Source: Desulfatiglandales bacterium (GTDB lineage: Bacteria > Desulfobacterota > DSM-4660 > Desulfatiglandales > Desulfatiglandaceae). From it: a stretch of DNA of 64,000 bases. How positions within the stretch are numbered: the stretch's first letter is position 1; each line of letters begins with the position of its first letter. The notes beneath the pieces are model-generated. The model was not told where the DNA came from. It was given only the letters and a program-made list of their open reading frames with translations, and ran no database searches. Below are positions 41,922 through 51,662 of this stretch, in pieces. Both the position numbers and the translations under genes were made by a program. The DNA lies in contig OY759599.1 in assembly GCA_963662465.1 (NCBI GenBank), forward strand, positions 416,001 to 480,000, given 5' to 3'.

Positions 41922-41953
41922 TCGTTTTGGGATTATGAGCTTTTCCCAAAAAC

Positions 41954-41978
41954 CGTTCCCACGCGGAGCGTGGGAACG
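41954..41978. repeat. Single REP-like hairpin, target of intron 6
   Basis: CGTTCCCACGCGGAGCGTGGGAACG immediately before GTGCG. Confidence 0.85.
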
Positions 41979-43881
41979 GTGCGCCTGTGAAGGCGCTTTA
42001 TCAGTGCGGTGAAAGTCCGTACCGGAGTATGCCATAGCTCCGTAGCCGAAGGTAACTGCGTCGCCGCGAGGCGGGGTGGAGAGCAACCGGAGGCGAAAAG
42101 TCAGTCCGTAGGATGACGAACCCGATTCGGTGTCATGTGGTGGCGAGCCTACCGTTCCATGGTGAAGCCTGAAACTCACAGACCACGCTGTAATGGCGGT
42201 TAAAGCGATGGTTTGACGGCATGGTATGTTTGGGGTCGGAATGACTGGAAGGTAAAGCGAGATAAGCAGGGAGACCTGTCTCTTGGGGTGACAGGAGGCA
42301 GGAGTCAGAGTCCTCATAGTACCGTAGCGACAGAACGGTCCTGCTAACAAGGCTTACGGCGTGAGACCAGTACCCGCCGCCTGCGTCGGATACCGGGTTG
42401 TGAAAAGCGCGGATAGCAAAACCGTGCCGAGGGAAGGAGGATAGGAAGATAGATACGGAAAGGTCATATAGATGCAGCTAAATCAAGCAGTCTCGGCAGT
42501 GTTGGAAACAACTAAACGCGAGGCAGAAACCCGATGGGATTGGGTGGAAGCATCGGTGTGGACGGAACGTATGTTGGCAGCCCTGGGTAACGGGGTGAAA
42601 GGTGGTAAATGGTACAGTTTGATGGATAAGGTGTTCGCCTTGTCGACGCTGGAAGCGGCTTGGGGACGTGTCAAAGCCAATAAAGGAGCGGCAGGGATAG
42701 ACCGTATCAGCATAAAGCGCTTTAAGGAGCAGGCGGAGAAATACCTTGCCGAACTGCATGAAACCTTGAAAGCGGGAACGTACCGACCGGAAGCGGTAAA
42801 ACGGGTATACATTCCGAAAAGCGACGGCAAACAACGCCCGCTGGGGATACCCACGGTCAAAGACCGGGTAGTGCAGGCAGCGGTTAAAATGGTTATGGAG
42901 CCCATATTCGAGCATGAATTTCTGCCGATGAGTTACGGCTTCAGGCCGCAAAGAGGTTGCAAGGACGCGTTGCGAGAAGTAGACGCGCTTATTAAGGAAG
43001 GCTACACCTTCATACTGGACGCCGACCTGAAAAGTTACTTTGATACGATTCCGCACGATAAGCTGATGCAACAAGTCGAAATGCGCATCAGCGACGGCAA
43101 ATTGCTCAATCTGATTCAAATGTTCCTGAAACAGGACGTGATGGACGGCTTGGAAAGATGGACACCGACGGGTGGTTCGCCACAAGGGGCGGTAGTCAGC
43201 CCCTTGCTTGCGAATATTTACCTGCATCCTCTTGACAGCCTGATCGCGGAATCAGGTATGCGGATGGTGCGTTACGCGGACGACTTTGTTATCCTCAGCC
43301 GCAGTCAAACGGAAGCGGAGAATGCTTTGCAAAAGGTACGGGAGTGGGTACAGGCTAATGACCTGAGCTTACACCCGGACAAGACGCATCTTGGCGACTG
43401 TCGACAAAAGGGTCAGGGATTTGAATTCCTGGGATACCGGTTTGAGGCAGGAAAGCGCTGGATACGCAGTAAAAGCCGTAAAGCCCTTCGTGATAAAATC
43501 CGGGAAGAGACCCGGCGCAAACGTAGCGGAAGTATGGAAAGCATCATTGATGATCTGAACCCCATGCTTGAAGGCTGGTTTGGTTACTTCAAACACGCCT
43601 ACCGCACTGAGTTTGCGGCGGTGGATAAGTTTGTCCGCCGACGCTTACGCGCCGTATTATTGCGTCGTAACAAACGCAAGGGCTGGGGCAAAAGCCTTGA
43701 AGCCCACCGCCGCTGGCCGAATGCCTACTTCGCGAAAATCGGGCTTTTCACTATGCATGAGGCCCGGTTAGCAGCGTGCCGATCCCGATGAGGAAACTAT
43801 CGACCGGAGAGCCGTGTGCGGGAGAACCGCATGCACGGTTCGGAGGGAGGGGAGAGCCAAGAGGCTCTTTCCTACCCCTAT
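41979..43881 (+). mobile_element. Group II intron 6 (1903 nt), near-identical to intron 5
   Basis: Same termini and length; two substitutions noticed by eye (one silent, one V/A). Confidence 0.95.
42472..43791 (+). CDS. ltrA: Group II intron RT/maturase
   Basis: Differs from the 37892 protein only at LEVH/LEAH. Confidence 0.95.
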   Translation: MQLNQAVSAVLETTKREAETRWDWVEASVWTERMLAALGNGVKGGKWYSLMDKVFALSTLEAAWGRVKANKGAAGIDRISIKRFKEQAEKYLAELHETLKAGTYRPEAVKRVYIPKSDGKQRPLGIPTVKDRVVQAAVKMVMEPIFEHEFLPMSYGFRPQRGCKDALREVDALIKEGYTFILDADLKSYFDTIPHDKLMQQVEMRISDGKLLNLIQMFLKQDVMDGLERWTPTGGSPQGAVVSPLLANIYLHPLDSLIAESGMRMVRYADDFVILSRSQTEAENALQKVREWVQANDLSLHPDKTHLGDCRQKGQGFEFLGYRFEAGKRWIRSKSRKALRDKIREETRRKRSGSMESIIDDLNPMLEGWFGYFKHAYRTEFAAVDKFVRRRLRAVLLRRNKRKGWGKSLEAHRRWPNAYFAKIGLFTMHEARLAACRSR

Positions 43882-43938
43882 AGGGAAACTCAGAGAGAGA
43901 AGAAAAGGATGTTAAAAGGCCTTTTTAGCAGGTTATTG

Positions 43939-46239
43939 TCAATTGTCCGGGTTATCGGTTTTTGCCTTTAAAGCCGCCAAAACTTTCTCGGGGGTCATGG
44001 GAACGTCCCGCATCCGTACGCCTACCGCATCGTAGATGGCGTTGGCGATGGCCGGGGCCTGCAGAAAGAGACCCGATTCTCCAACGCTCTTGGCGCCGAA
44101 GGGTCCCGTGGGGTCGCCCAGTTCCACCAGTATGGTTTCATGTTCGGGCATGTCAAGGATCGTGGGGATTTTGTATTTGTCAAAGCCGTCCGTCAGCATG
44201 GCGCCGTTTTCCGGGCTGATGATGGGATCCTCAAAAAGCGCGAAACCGATCCCCTGGGCTGTGCCCCCTTCCAGTTGCCCCTCCACTATCGTGGGATTGA
44301 TGGCTTTTCCAATGTCGTGAACCGTAATCCATTTAACGACCTTTACGACGCCGGTTTCCGTGTCCACCTCAATCTCGGCAAACCCCGCCTGCCACGGCGG
44401 CGCGAAATCAGTGGGTTCAACGGTGGCATGGACCACCAGTTGTTCGCAATTTTTTTCATAGTTGTAGATCAAGTCAAAAGCGATATCCTTGTAATTCACG
44501 GTTTTTTCGGGTTCCGCGGTTACAAAGATCTTTTTATCCTTCATTTCAAGATCTTCCGGGTTGACCTCGAGTTTGGCCGCGGCCCTGGCCAGAAATTTTT
44601 CCCGGGCCATGCCCGCCGCTTTTTGGACGGCAAGGCCGATGCAGTAGCAGCCTCTTGAGGCGTGGGTTCCGATATCGAAACCGGTCACATCCGTGTCCCC
44701 CAGGAGTACGTTGATGTCGTCATAATCAATGCCCAGGGCCTCCGCCGCAATTTGAGCAAGAGAGCCGGCAATCCCCTGCCCGAGGTTGCCCGGCGATACG
44801 ATCAATGAACATCCCCCGTCTTCATTGAACTTGAGGGTGGCGTTGCTGTGTTCCAGGAGCATGGGCTGGGCGCCGCTGAGCCAGCCCATGGCGGCTACGC
44901 CGACGCCCCGTTTGATGGGACCGTCCGATATCATTTTCCCCCATTTGTCTTTCCAGCCGATCTTCTCCGCCCCGACGTCCAGACACTCGTCCAGCCCGCA
45001 ACTGGAGATGGCCGTGGAAGGAAACCAACCCAGGCCGCCCACGCCCCGGTGGTATTTTTTCCGGAACAGAACGGGATCCATGCCGATTTTCGCGCATGCC
45101 TCGTCCACCAGGGTTTCCCGTACGAAACTCGATTGCATGCCGCCGAAGCCCCGCATGGCGCCGCAGGCCAGATGGTTGGTATAAATGACTTCAATTTCCT
45201 GATGCATGCTTTCAAATTCATATTCCGTGATGTTGCTTGCCAGGCTCACACCGCAACCGGAGGCCATTTTACAGACGTATGCCCCGGCATCTCCCGTGTA
45301 CCTGGCTTGAAGCGCCTTGGGTGTTCCATCCTGTTTGAGACCCAGTTTCATATGAATTTTAGCGATGTGTTCCCGGGTGATGCGGTTTGCAAAATCCTCG
45401 TTGCGGTAGAATTTGGTTTTAACGGGGGCACCCGCTTTGATGGTCAGGGCCGCGCTGATATGCTCCGCACAAAGATCCGTGCCGGCGCCGAAACCGCAAC
45501 CCGCATAGGGTTGGATGACGCGAACGGCCGATTCCGTCAGATCGAACATATAGGCCAGCATGCGCTTGGCCATATGGGGCAGTTGAATCTGGCTCCAGAC
45601 GGTGAGCCGGCCATTCCGGTAGTCGGCCACGCTGCACGCATTTTCAAGGCCTGCCTGGATCTGTTTGCTGGTGCTGTAGACCCCTTCCACCACCGCATCG
45701 GATTCGCCGAAGCCTTTTTCCGCGTCTCCGTAACAGAAAACCGGCGTGGGCGGCACCGGGACATTGCCCGGCACGTTTCCATGCACCTGTGGCGCCCCTT
45801 CCTGAACGGCAGCTTCAATATCAAACACGGCGGGAAGCACCTCGTATGCCACATCAATGGCCGCCAGCGCAGCCCTGGCCACTTCCTCGTTTACCGCCGC
45901 CACCGCTGCAACGGGTTCTCCCACATACCGGACCTCGTCCCCGAACAAAAACATGTCCTGGGGTTCCCCATCGGGCAACTGATAGGTCATGACATTGATC
46001 GTAAAGATTTTTTGGGGAACATCCTTGCCCGTGACCACGGCCTTTACGCCGGGAATGGCCTCGGCTTTGGACGCGTCAATTTTTAGAATCCGCGCATGGG
46101 CGTGGGGACTGCGCAGCACTTTTCCCACGAGCATTCCGGGGAGCGATACGGTGGTGCAGTATTCGGCCTTGCCGGTAACCTTGTCATAACTTTCCTTTAG
46201 CGGAAATCGTTTTCCGACCACTTTCAGTTCGTTCTGCAT
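43939..46239 (-). CDS. Xanthine dehydrogenase-family molybdopterin-binding subunit
   Basis: LRSPHAHA, GCGFG, AMRGFG, THASR, GQLEGG, GAKSVGE. Confidence 0.92.
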   Translation of the reverse strand: MQNELKVVGKRFPLKESYDKVTGKAEYCTTVSLPGMLVGKVLRSPHAHARILKIDASKAEAIPGVKAVVTGKDVPQKIFTINVMTYQLPDGEPQDMFLFGDEVRYVGEPVAAVAAVNEEVARAALAAIDVAYEVLPAVFDIEAAVQEGAPQVHGNVPGNVPVPPTPVFCYGDAEKGFGESDAVVEGVYSTSKQIQAGLENACSVADYRNGRLTVWSQIQLPHMAKRMLAYMFDLTESAVRVIQPYAGCGFGAGTDLCAEHISAALTIKAGAPVKTKFYRNEDFANRITREHIAKIHMKLGLKQDGTPKALQARYTGDAGAYVCKMASGCGVSLASNITEYEFESMHQEIEVIYTNHLACGAMRGFGGMQSSFVRETLVDEACAKIGMDPVLFRKKYHRGVGGLGWFPSTAISSCGLDECLDVGAEKIGWKDKWGKMISDGPIKRGVGVAAMGWLSGAQPMLLEHSNATLKFNEDGGCSLIVSPGNLGQGIAGSLAQIAAEALGIDYDDINVLLGDTDVTGFDIGTHASRGCYCIGLAVQKAAGMAREKFLARAAAKLEVNPEDLEMKDKKIFVTAEPEKTVNYKDIAFDLIYNYEKNCEQLVVHATVEPTDFAPPWQAGFAEIEVDTETGVVKVVKWITVHDIGKAINPTIVEGQLEGGTAQGIGFALFEDPIISPENGAMLTDGFDKYKIPTILDMPEHETILVELGDPTGPFGAKSVGESGLFLQAPAIANAIYDAVGVRMRDVPMTPEKVLAALKAKTDNPDN

Positions 46240-46241
46240 GG

Positions 46242-46712
46242 TTATTCACCTCCCTTTGCGGCATCGGTGACGGCCTCCAGAATTTTTTTGTAACCTGTAC
46301 ATCTGCAGAGATTCCCCGCCAGGCCGTCCTTGATTTCCTGGGACGTGGGATTGGGATTTTTGTTCAGCAATCCTTTAGCCGTAAGAATCATTCCCGGGGT
46401 GCAGTACCCACATTGCAGCGCCCCTTTTTCCATAAAGGATTTTTGGAGCGGGTCAAGCGTATTGCCCTTTGCGAGCCCTTCGATGGTGGTAATTTCCCGA
46501 TCCCTGACCGTCACCGCCAGGGTGACGCAGGAGAGGATGGGGATGCCGTCTACGAGTACGGTGCATGCGCCGCAGTCGCCGGAGCCGCAGCTTTCATGAA
46601 CCCCTCCGTAGCCCAGCTCGTCTCTCAAGACCTCCACCAGCAGGGCATGGGTATCCACCAGGGTATCGTATCGAACGCCGTTCACAATAAATGTTGCCTG
46701 CATCTTTCGCAT
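46242..46712 (-). CDS. Xanthine dehydrogenase-family 2x[2Fe-2S] subunit
   Basis: CGSGDCGAC...SC; QCGYCTPG; NLCRCTGY. Confidence 0.95.
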   Translation of the reverse strand: MRKMQATFIVNGVRYDTLVDTHALLVEVLRDELGYGGVHESCGSGDCGACTVLVDGIPILSCVTLAVTVRDREITTIEGLAKGNTLDPLQKSFMEKGALQCGYCTPGMILTAKGLLNKNPNPTSQEIKDGLAGNLCRCTGYKKILEAVTDAAKGGE

Positions 46713-46727
46713 CGCTTTTTCCTCCTC

Positions 46728-47612
46728 CTAATTCAAATATTCGGAAAGCGCTTTTCTTAACGCCCGATCGGTCAAAACCGCTATCATTTCACGCCGGTAT
46801 TGTGATGTGGAACGGATATCCGTAATGGGGCTGACCCCTTCATCGTCGGCGGCGGCCTGGGCGGCGGCCTTGATACGTGCAAGCGACGGTTTTTCCCCTT
46901 TGAGAATAGACTGGATATTGGATGCCAGGAATATAACGGGCGCAACCGCCCCCAAAGCGAGACGAACATCGGTCACCAGACCGTTTTGGACCACCGCCTT
47001 GACTGCCACCGCCACTTTGGCGATATCCTCCTTGGTACGCGCCAGATTCAGGAAAGCGCCGCAGCTGCCATCCCCCATGGGCGGCACCTTGATTTCGGTG
47101 ATAATTTCGTCCGGCGAAAGTCCTATCTTCCGTACATGGGCGGCGACGGAGGTAACCGGTATGCTCTTGATGCCGTTTCTTCCGGAAATGATGGCTTCGG
47201 CGTTAAAAGCGGCCAAAGTTGTGGCAACGTCGGATGCGGGATTGCACGCCGAAACGTTTCCCACGATGGTGCCCACATTTTTCACCTGAGCCGAACCGAT
47301 TTGTTTGATAGACTCCCAGAGGGGAGCGAAACCTGTTTTTAAAGCCGTTGATCTTTCAGCGTCCCCGAGGGTTGCGAGTGCCCCGATTCTGAGCGCACCC
47401 CCTTCCGTAAGTTCCAGGAACCTGAGTTCCCTGATACGTTGAATGGAGACGAGGACTTCGGGGTTTTTGAGTCTCCGCTTCATCTGATCCACCAGACTGA
47501 TGCCGCCCGCCATTATCGCGGCGTTAACGCCGTGACATCCCAAAATCTCGGAGGCCTCCGAAACCGTGCCTGCCTCATGGTAGTCAAAAGGGTATAGCTT
47601 TCTGTACAACAT
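46728..47612 (-). CDS. Xanthine dehydrogenase-family FAD-binding subunit
   Basis: AGGISL, IGALAT, QVKNVGTIVGN, PASD, DIRS...YR. Confidence 0.92.
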   Translation of the reverse strand: MLYRKLYPFDYHEAGTVSEASEILGCHGVNAAIMAGGISLVDQMKRRLKNPEVLVSIQRIRELRFLELTEGGALRIGALATLGDAERSTALKTGFAPLWESIKQIGSAQVKNVGTIVGNVSACNPASDVATTLAAFNAEAIISGRNGIKSIPVTSVAAHVRKIGLSPDEIITEIKVPPMGDGSCGAFLNLARTKEDIAKVAVAVKAVVQNGLVTDVRLALGAVAPVIFLASNIQSILKGEKPSLARIKAAAQAAADDEGVSPITDIRSTSQYRREMIAVLTDRALRKALSEYLN

Positions 47613-47688
47613 AAATTCCTCCTTCTCTCCAATTCAGGTTAACCTACGGAGTTCCCCCGAGACCTTGCGTCAGGGGCGCATTTCCATC

Positions 47689-49440
47689 CTACAGGGCCGC
47701 TTGTCTCAACGCCCGGGTGGCCTCCTCATCCACAGTCATGGTTTTGGGGTCGATGACCACGCCGTAGTCCTTTTCGGCACGATCCATTGAAACAAGCTCA
47801 TCTAAAACATCGGCCAGAACGACGTCTATTTTTCGTTCAAAAGGATTTCCGTATCCGCCGCCGCCGGTTTCGTCGATTTCATAAATGTCGCCCTTGTTGA
47901 GCATGACGAATTTGTGGACATCCGGATCTTCGGAAGAACCGTCGGCCCGCTTCACGTTCAGTTTGCTGGGAGCGGCGCCCTTTCCGCCCACGATGCCGAA
48001 GGGCGCTGTTTCCGGTTTCAGGCCGTCGCCGAAGTTATCCGACAGGATGCCGTCCCCTTCAACTCGGAAGCGATAGGCGGTTCCCATGCCGCCGCGCCAC
48101 TTTCCGGCCCCCGCGCTGTCCGTGAGATACTCATACTGAAGTACCGTATAGGGACATACCAGCTCATGGAGTTCGGGATCGGGGGATCTCAGGCCGCCGG
48201 CGCAGGAGATGACGCCCAGATGGTTCCAGCCGTCAAATCCCAGGGTGGCCCCGGCGCCTCCCTTGCACATGAAATGAATGTCGCCGAACAGTCTTCCGGT
48301 CCGGGGGTTCAATCCCATGGTGGCGGGGGCCGACCATCTGGCCCAGGCGGCCTGGACTCTTTCCGGAACCGCTTGCGCAAGTGCCAGCCAGATGGCTTCG
48401 GCGATGGTGGCGGTTCCGCAGATGGTGCAGGCTGTGCAGGCGGCCGGCTCCACGCAGTTGGCTACCGTTCCTTCCGGCGCAATGATCTGAATGGGCTTTA
48501 AGGACCCCTCGTTTTTCCGGATATCGGGATCGATGGTCATGAACAGGGCGAGACATACACTGGAGAAGGTGTTGGCCAGGGTGCTGTTGATGGATCCCTT
48601 CACCTGGGGATCGCTTCCGGTGAAATCGAAGCAAATGTCGTCCCCCTTAACCTTGATGGTCAGCTTGATTTTCACCATTTTACCGCGGTCGAACCCATCG
48701 TGATCCATGAACCTTTCAGCCGTGTATTCGCCGTCTGGAATTTTGGAGATTTCTTCCCGCATGTGCTTTTCCGTGGCCTCCACGATCTCATCCACGGCCT
48801 GTTCAAGGGTTTCCTGGCCGTACATGGCGATGCCCCGTTTCAGCTTACGTTCTCCCACCCGGGTGGCGCCTACCAGGCAGTTGAGATCACCATCCACAAG
48901 GAATTCCATTCGAACGTTTTTCAGGATCATGTTCCACACGCTTCGGTGGTATTCTCCCTTTTTGTAAAGCTTGGCAGGGGGAATCCGCAGGCCCTCCTCC
49001 CAGATGGAACCGGCTTCGGGGTTATACCCGCAGGCGCCGGTGGCCCCCGTATCCGCCATGTGTCCCTTGGCGGCGGCCCAGAAAACGATTTTGTCGCCGT
49101 CAAAAATGGGCCGCAGCACGGTAAAATCGGGTTTGTGGTTGTTGCCGCCCAGGTATGGGTCGTTGGTGACGATCACATCGCCGTCATGGATGTCGTCGCC
49201 ATAATATTTCATAACCGCCTTGAGACAGAAGGGAAGGGCGCCGGCCAGAACGGCGATATAGGGTTTCTGGGCGATCATCTGTCCTTTCGCGTCGAAAATG
49301 CCGGTGACAAAATCCCGGGCCTCGCTGAAGATGGGCGATCTGGATGTCCGCATCATGGTTTCCCCCATTTCGCTGCAAACCGAATCGAAACGATTGGCCA
49401 GCACCGATCTGAGAATTGGATCGAGTTTTGTCTTTCCCAT
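47689..49440 (-). CDS. Hydantoinase B/oxoprolinase-family subunit
   Basis: EARDF, NDPY.G..H.PD, KGHMADTG, EEGLRIPP, GAGKWRGG, GGGGYGNP. Confidence 0.92.
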   Translation of the reverse strand: MGKTKLDPILRSVLANRFDSVCSEMGETMMRTSRSPIFSEARDFVTGIFDAKGQMIAQKPYIAVLAGALPFCLKAVMKYYGDDIHDGDVIVTNDPYLGGNNHKPDFTVLRPIFDGDKIVFWAAAKGHMADTGATGACGYNPEAGSIWEEGLRIPPAKLYKKGEYHRSVWNMILKNVRMEFLVDGDLNCLVGATRVGERKLKRGIAMYGQETLEQAVDEIVEATEKHMREEISKIPDGEYTAERFMDHDGFDRGKMVKIKLTIKVKGDDICFDFTGSDPQVKGSINSTLANTFSSVCLALFMTIDPDIRKNEGSLKPIQIIAPEGTVANCVEPAACTACTICGTATIAEAIWLALAQAVPERVQAAWARWSAPATMGLNPRTGRLFGDIHFMCKGGAGATLGFDGWNHLGVISCAGGLRSPDPELHELVCPYTVLQYEYLTDSAGAGKWRGGMGTAYRFRVEGDGILSDNFGDGLKPETAPFGIVGGKGAAPSKLNVKRADGSSEDPDVHKFVMLNKGDIYEIDETGGGGYGNPFERKIDVVLADVLDELVSMDRAEKDYGVVIDPKTMTVDEEATRALRQAAL

Positions 49441-49454
49441 TGTTTCACCTCCCT

Positions 49455-51569
49455 TTATTGATAAGGTTCTCTGAGTCTGTCGATGATGTCTTTTAATTTT
49501 TCATCTTTACGGTACATCACATAATTCTCAAAGGAATCGCACGTCAGATCGAAATCGGGCGGCACCACAATGGTGGTGGTGGGCTCTTCCACAATGGCCG
49601 GTCCGAAAATCATGTTGCCGTGTTTTAACAGCAGACCGTCGTATACGGGCGTGCTGACGGTTTTTCCTTCAAAAAAAACATCACGGTTGTTTTTTAACGC
49701 TTTGGAGGCATCGGGTCCGCTGCCGGGCGACGGTTGAAATTTGGGTTTTTCCGTTTCGCCCATGGATTGCAGTCGAATGTTAATTAATTCCAGTTCCGCC
49801 CCCGGCATGGAATATCCGTAGAGGGTGTCGTGGGTCTGGTGAAACAGTTTCGTCAGATATTTGATGTCTTCCCCGCGGACCTGGTTGGTTGACGCCATGG
49901 GGAGGGGCACATTGACCTCGTTGAACTGCCCGAGATATCGGATATCCACTGTAAAGCTGTTGTGAATCCGGTCTTCCGGGATGCCTTCGGTTCGAAGGGT
50001 GGATTTCGCTTCCGTTAGAAGATTGCCGCAGATGTCGCTGATGCGATGAATATTCACTTTGGCCAGTTCAATGGTGTAGGTATGCACGTAGTCGTGCTTG
50101 AGATCGCTCATGAGCATGCCTGACGCACAGAAAACCGATGAGCCGCGCGGTACGATGATCAGGGGAATGTCCTGGTCTTTGGCGATCATGGCCGCGTGAA
50201 TGGGGCCGGCGCCGCCCGCCACCACCATGGCAAAGTCCCGGGGGTTATGCCCCTTGGCCACGGAAACGAGGTTGACGCCCAGGGCCATATTGATGTTGAT
50301 CATCTTGTAGATGCCGGAGGCGGCTTCATTGACGGTGATCCCCAGCTTTTCGGCCACCTTTTCCCGAATGGCGCTGGTGGATGCCGCCTTGTCCAGTTTC
50401 ATGCCGCCGCCGTGGAAATAGTCCGGATCCAGATACCCCAGCACCAGGTCTACATCGGTAACCGTCGGCTCCGTACCCCCCTTGTCATAGCAGACGGGTC
50501 CCGGATCGGCGCCCGCGCTTTGGGGGCCCACCTGCAACAGACCGGAGGCATCCACCGAGGCGATGCTCCCGCCGCCGGCCCCGATGGTGACGATGTCCAG
50601 GACCGGCAGTGCTACCCGGTAACCGCCGATATCCCCTTCCGTGGTGATGGCGGGTTGACCGTCCTTGATCAGGCACACATCGAAACTGGTGCCGCCCATG
50701 TCCACGGTAATCAGATTGTTCAGCCCGTGGATGCCGGCTACGAACTGTCCCGCCACAGGACCCCCCGCGGGACCCGAGAGCAGCGTGTTCACGGCGAACC
50801 GACTGCTCATTTCAGGGGACATGACGCCCCCGTTGGACTGCATGATCAGGTAGGTGCCATTGAATCCGTTCTCCGCCAGTCGATTTCGGGAATGGTTCAG
50901 ATAACGGGACAGGATGGGTCCCACGTAGGCATTCAGGGCCACCGTGCTGTTGCGTTCATAGACGCGCACCTGGGGAAGAATTTCACTGGAAAGGGAAATG
51001 TACGTATCCGGGAACGCCTCCCTCAGCATTTCGCCGATGCGCTTTTCGTTCTCCCCGTTCATGAAGGCGAAAAGGGTGCTGACGCCGATGGCGGCGTAGT
51101 CTTTGCCTTTCATTTTTTCAATGATGGCTGCCAATTCGTCTTCGTTTAAGGGCGTTAAAATGTTGCCTTCACAGTCGACGCGCTCTTCCACCGTGTAGAT
51201 GTCGCGCCGTTTAATGAAAGGTTCAGGCGGCGCGTAGCGGGAGTCGTACTGGCGGTCCCTGAGTCCCCGTCTCATGTTGAGGACGTCTCTGAAACCGCCC
51301 GTGGTGATGAATGCCGTATGGGCGCCGTTTCGGGTCAGAACGGCGTTTGTGGTGATGGTGGTGCCATGCACAATGATTTCTACTTGTTTTAAAAATTGGG
51401 CTGAATCCATTGACAGATAATCGGCGATGGCTGAAAGACCTTTTCCAACGCCGATGTTCGGGTCTTTCGGCGTGGACAGGGACTTGAAAATGGCGTGATC
51501 GCCATTTTCGTCCAGCATGAGGAAATCCGTAAATGTTCCACCGACATCAATGCCGAGTTTGTATTTCAT
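49455..51569 (-). CDS. Hydantoinase A/oxoprolinase-family ATP-binding subunit
   Basis: DVGGTFTD, HGTT..TN, SGPAGG, DMGGTSFD, GAGGGS, SAGADPGP. Confidence 0.93.
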   Translation of the reverse strand: MKYKLGIDVGGTFTDFLMLDENGDHAIFKSLSTPKDPNIGVGKGLSAIADYLSMDSAQFLKQVEIIVHGTTITTNAVLTRNGAHTAFITTGGFRDVLNMRRGLRDRQYDSRYAPPEPFIKRRDIYTVEERVDCEGNILTPLNEDELAAIIEKMKGKDYAAIGVSTLFAFMNGENEKRIGEMLREAFPDTYISLSSEILPQVRVYERNSTVALNAYVGPILSRYLNHSRNRLAENGFNGTYLIMQSNGGVMSPEMSSRFAVNTLLSGPAGGPVAGQFVAGIHGLNNLITVDMGGTSFDVCLIKDGQPAITTEGDIGGYRVALPVLDIVTIGAGGGSIASVDASGLLQVGPQSAGADPGPVCYDKGGTEPTVTDVDLVLGYLDPDYFHGGGMKLDKAASTSAIREKVAEKLGITVNEAASGIYKMININMALGVNLVSVAKGHNPRDFAMVVAGGAGPIHAAMIAKDQDIPLIIVPRGSSVFCASGMLMSDLKHDYVHTYTIELAKVNIHRISDICGNLLTEAKSTLRTEGIPEDRIHNSFTVDIRYLGQFNEVNVPLPMASTNQVRGEDIKYLTKLFHQTHDTLYGYSMPGAELELINIRLQSMGETEKPKFQPSPGSGPDASKALKNNRDVFFEGKTVSTPVYDGLLLKHGNMIFGPAIVEEPTTTIVVPPDFDLTCDSFENYVMYRKDEKLKDIIDRLREPYQ

Positions 51570-51662
51570 GAGGGCCTCCTTGTTCCGCGGGGCTTCAGGG
51601 GTTGGAAAAACATTTCTAAAAATTTAAAAAATCATCCGGAAATTTCCGTAAACCGGGGGGCA

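Noticed and set aside
27941..43791. RT genes as retron, DGR or defence RTs
   Set aside because: All have maturase domains and lie within group II intron RNA termini with domain V/VI; no TR/VR pair or msr-msd seen.
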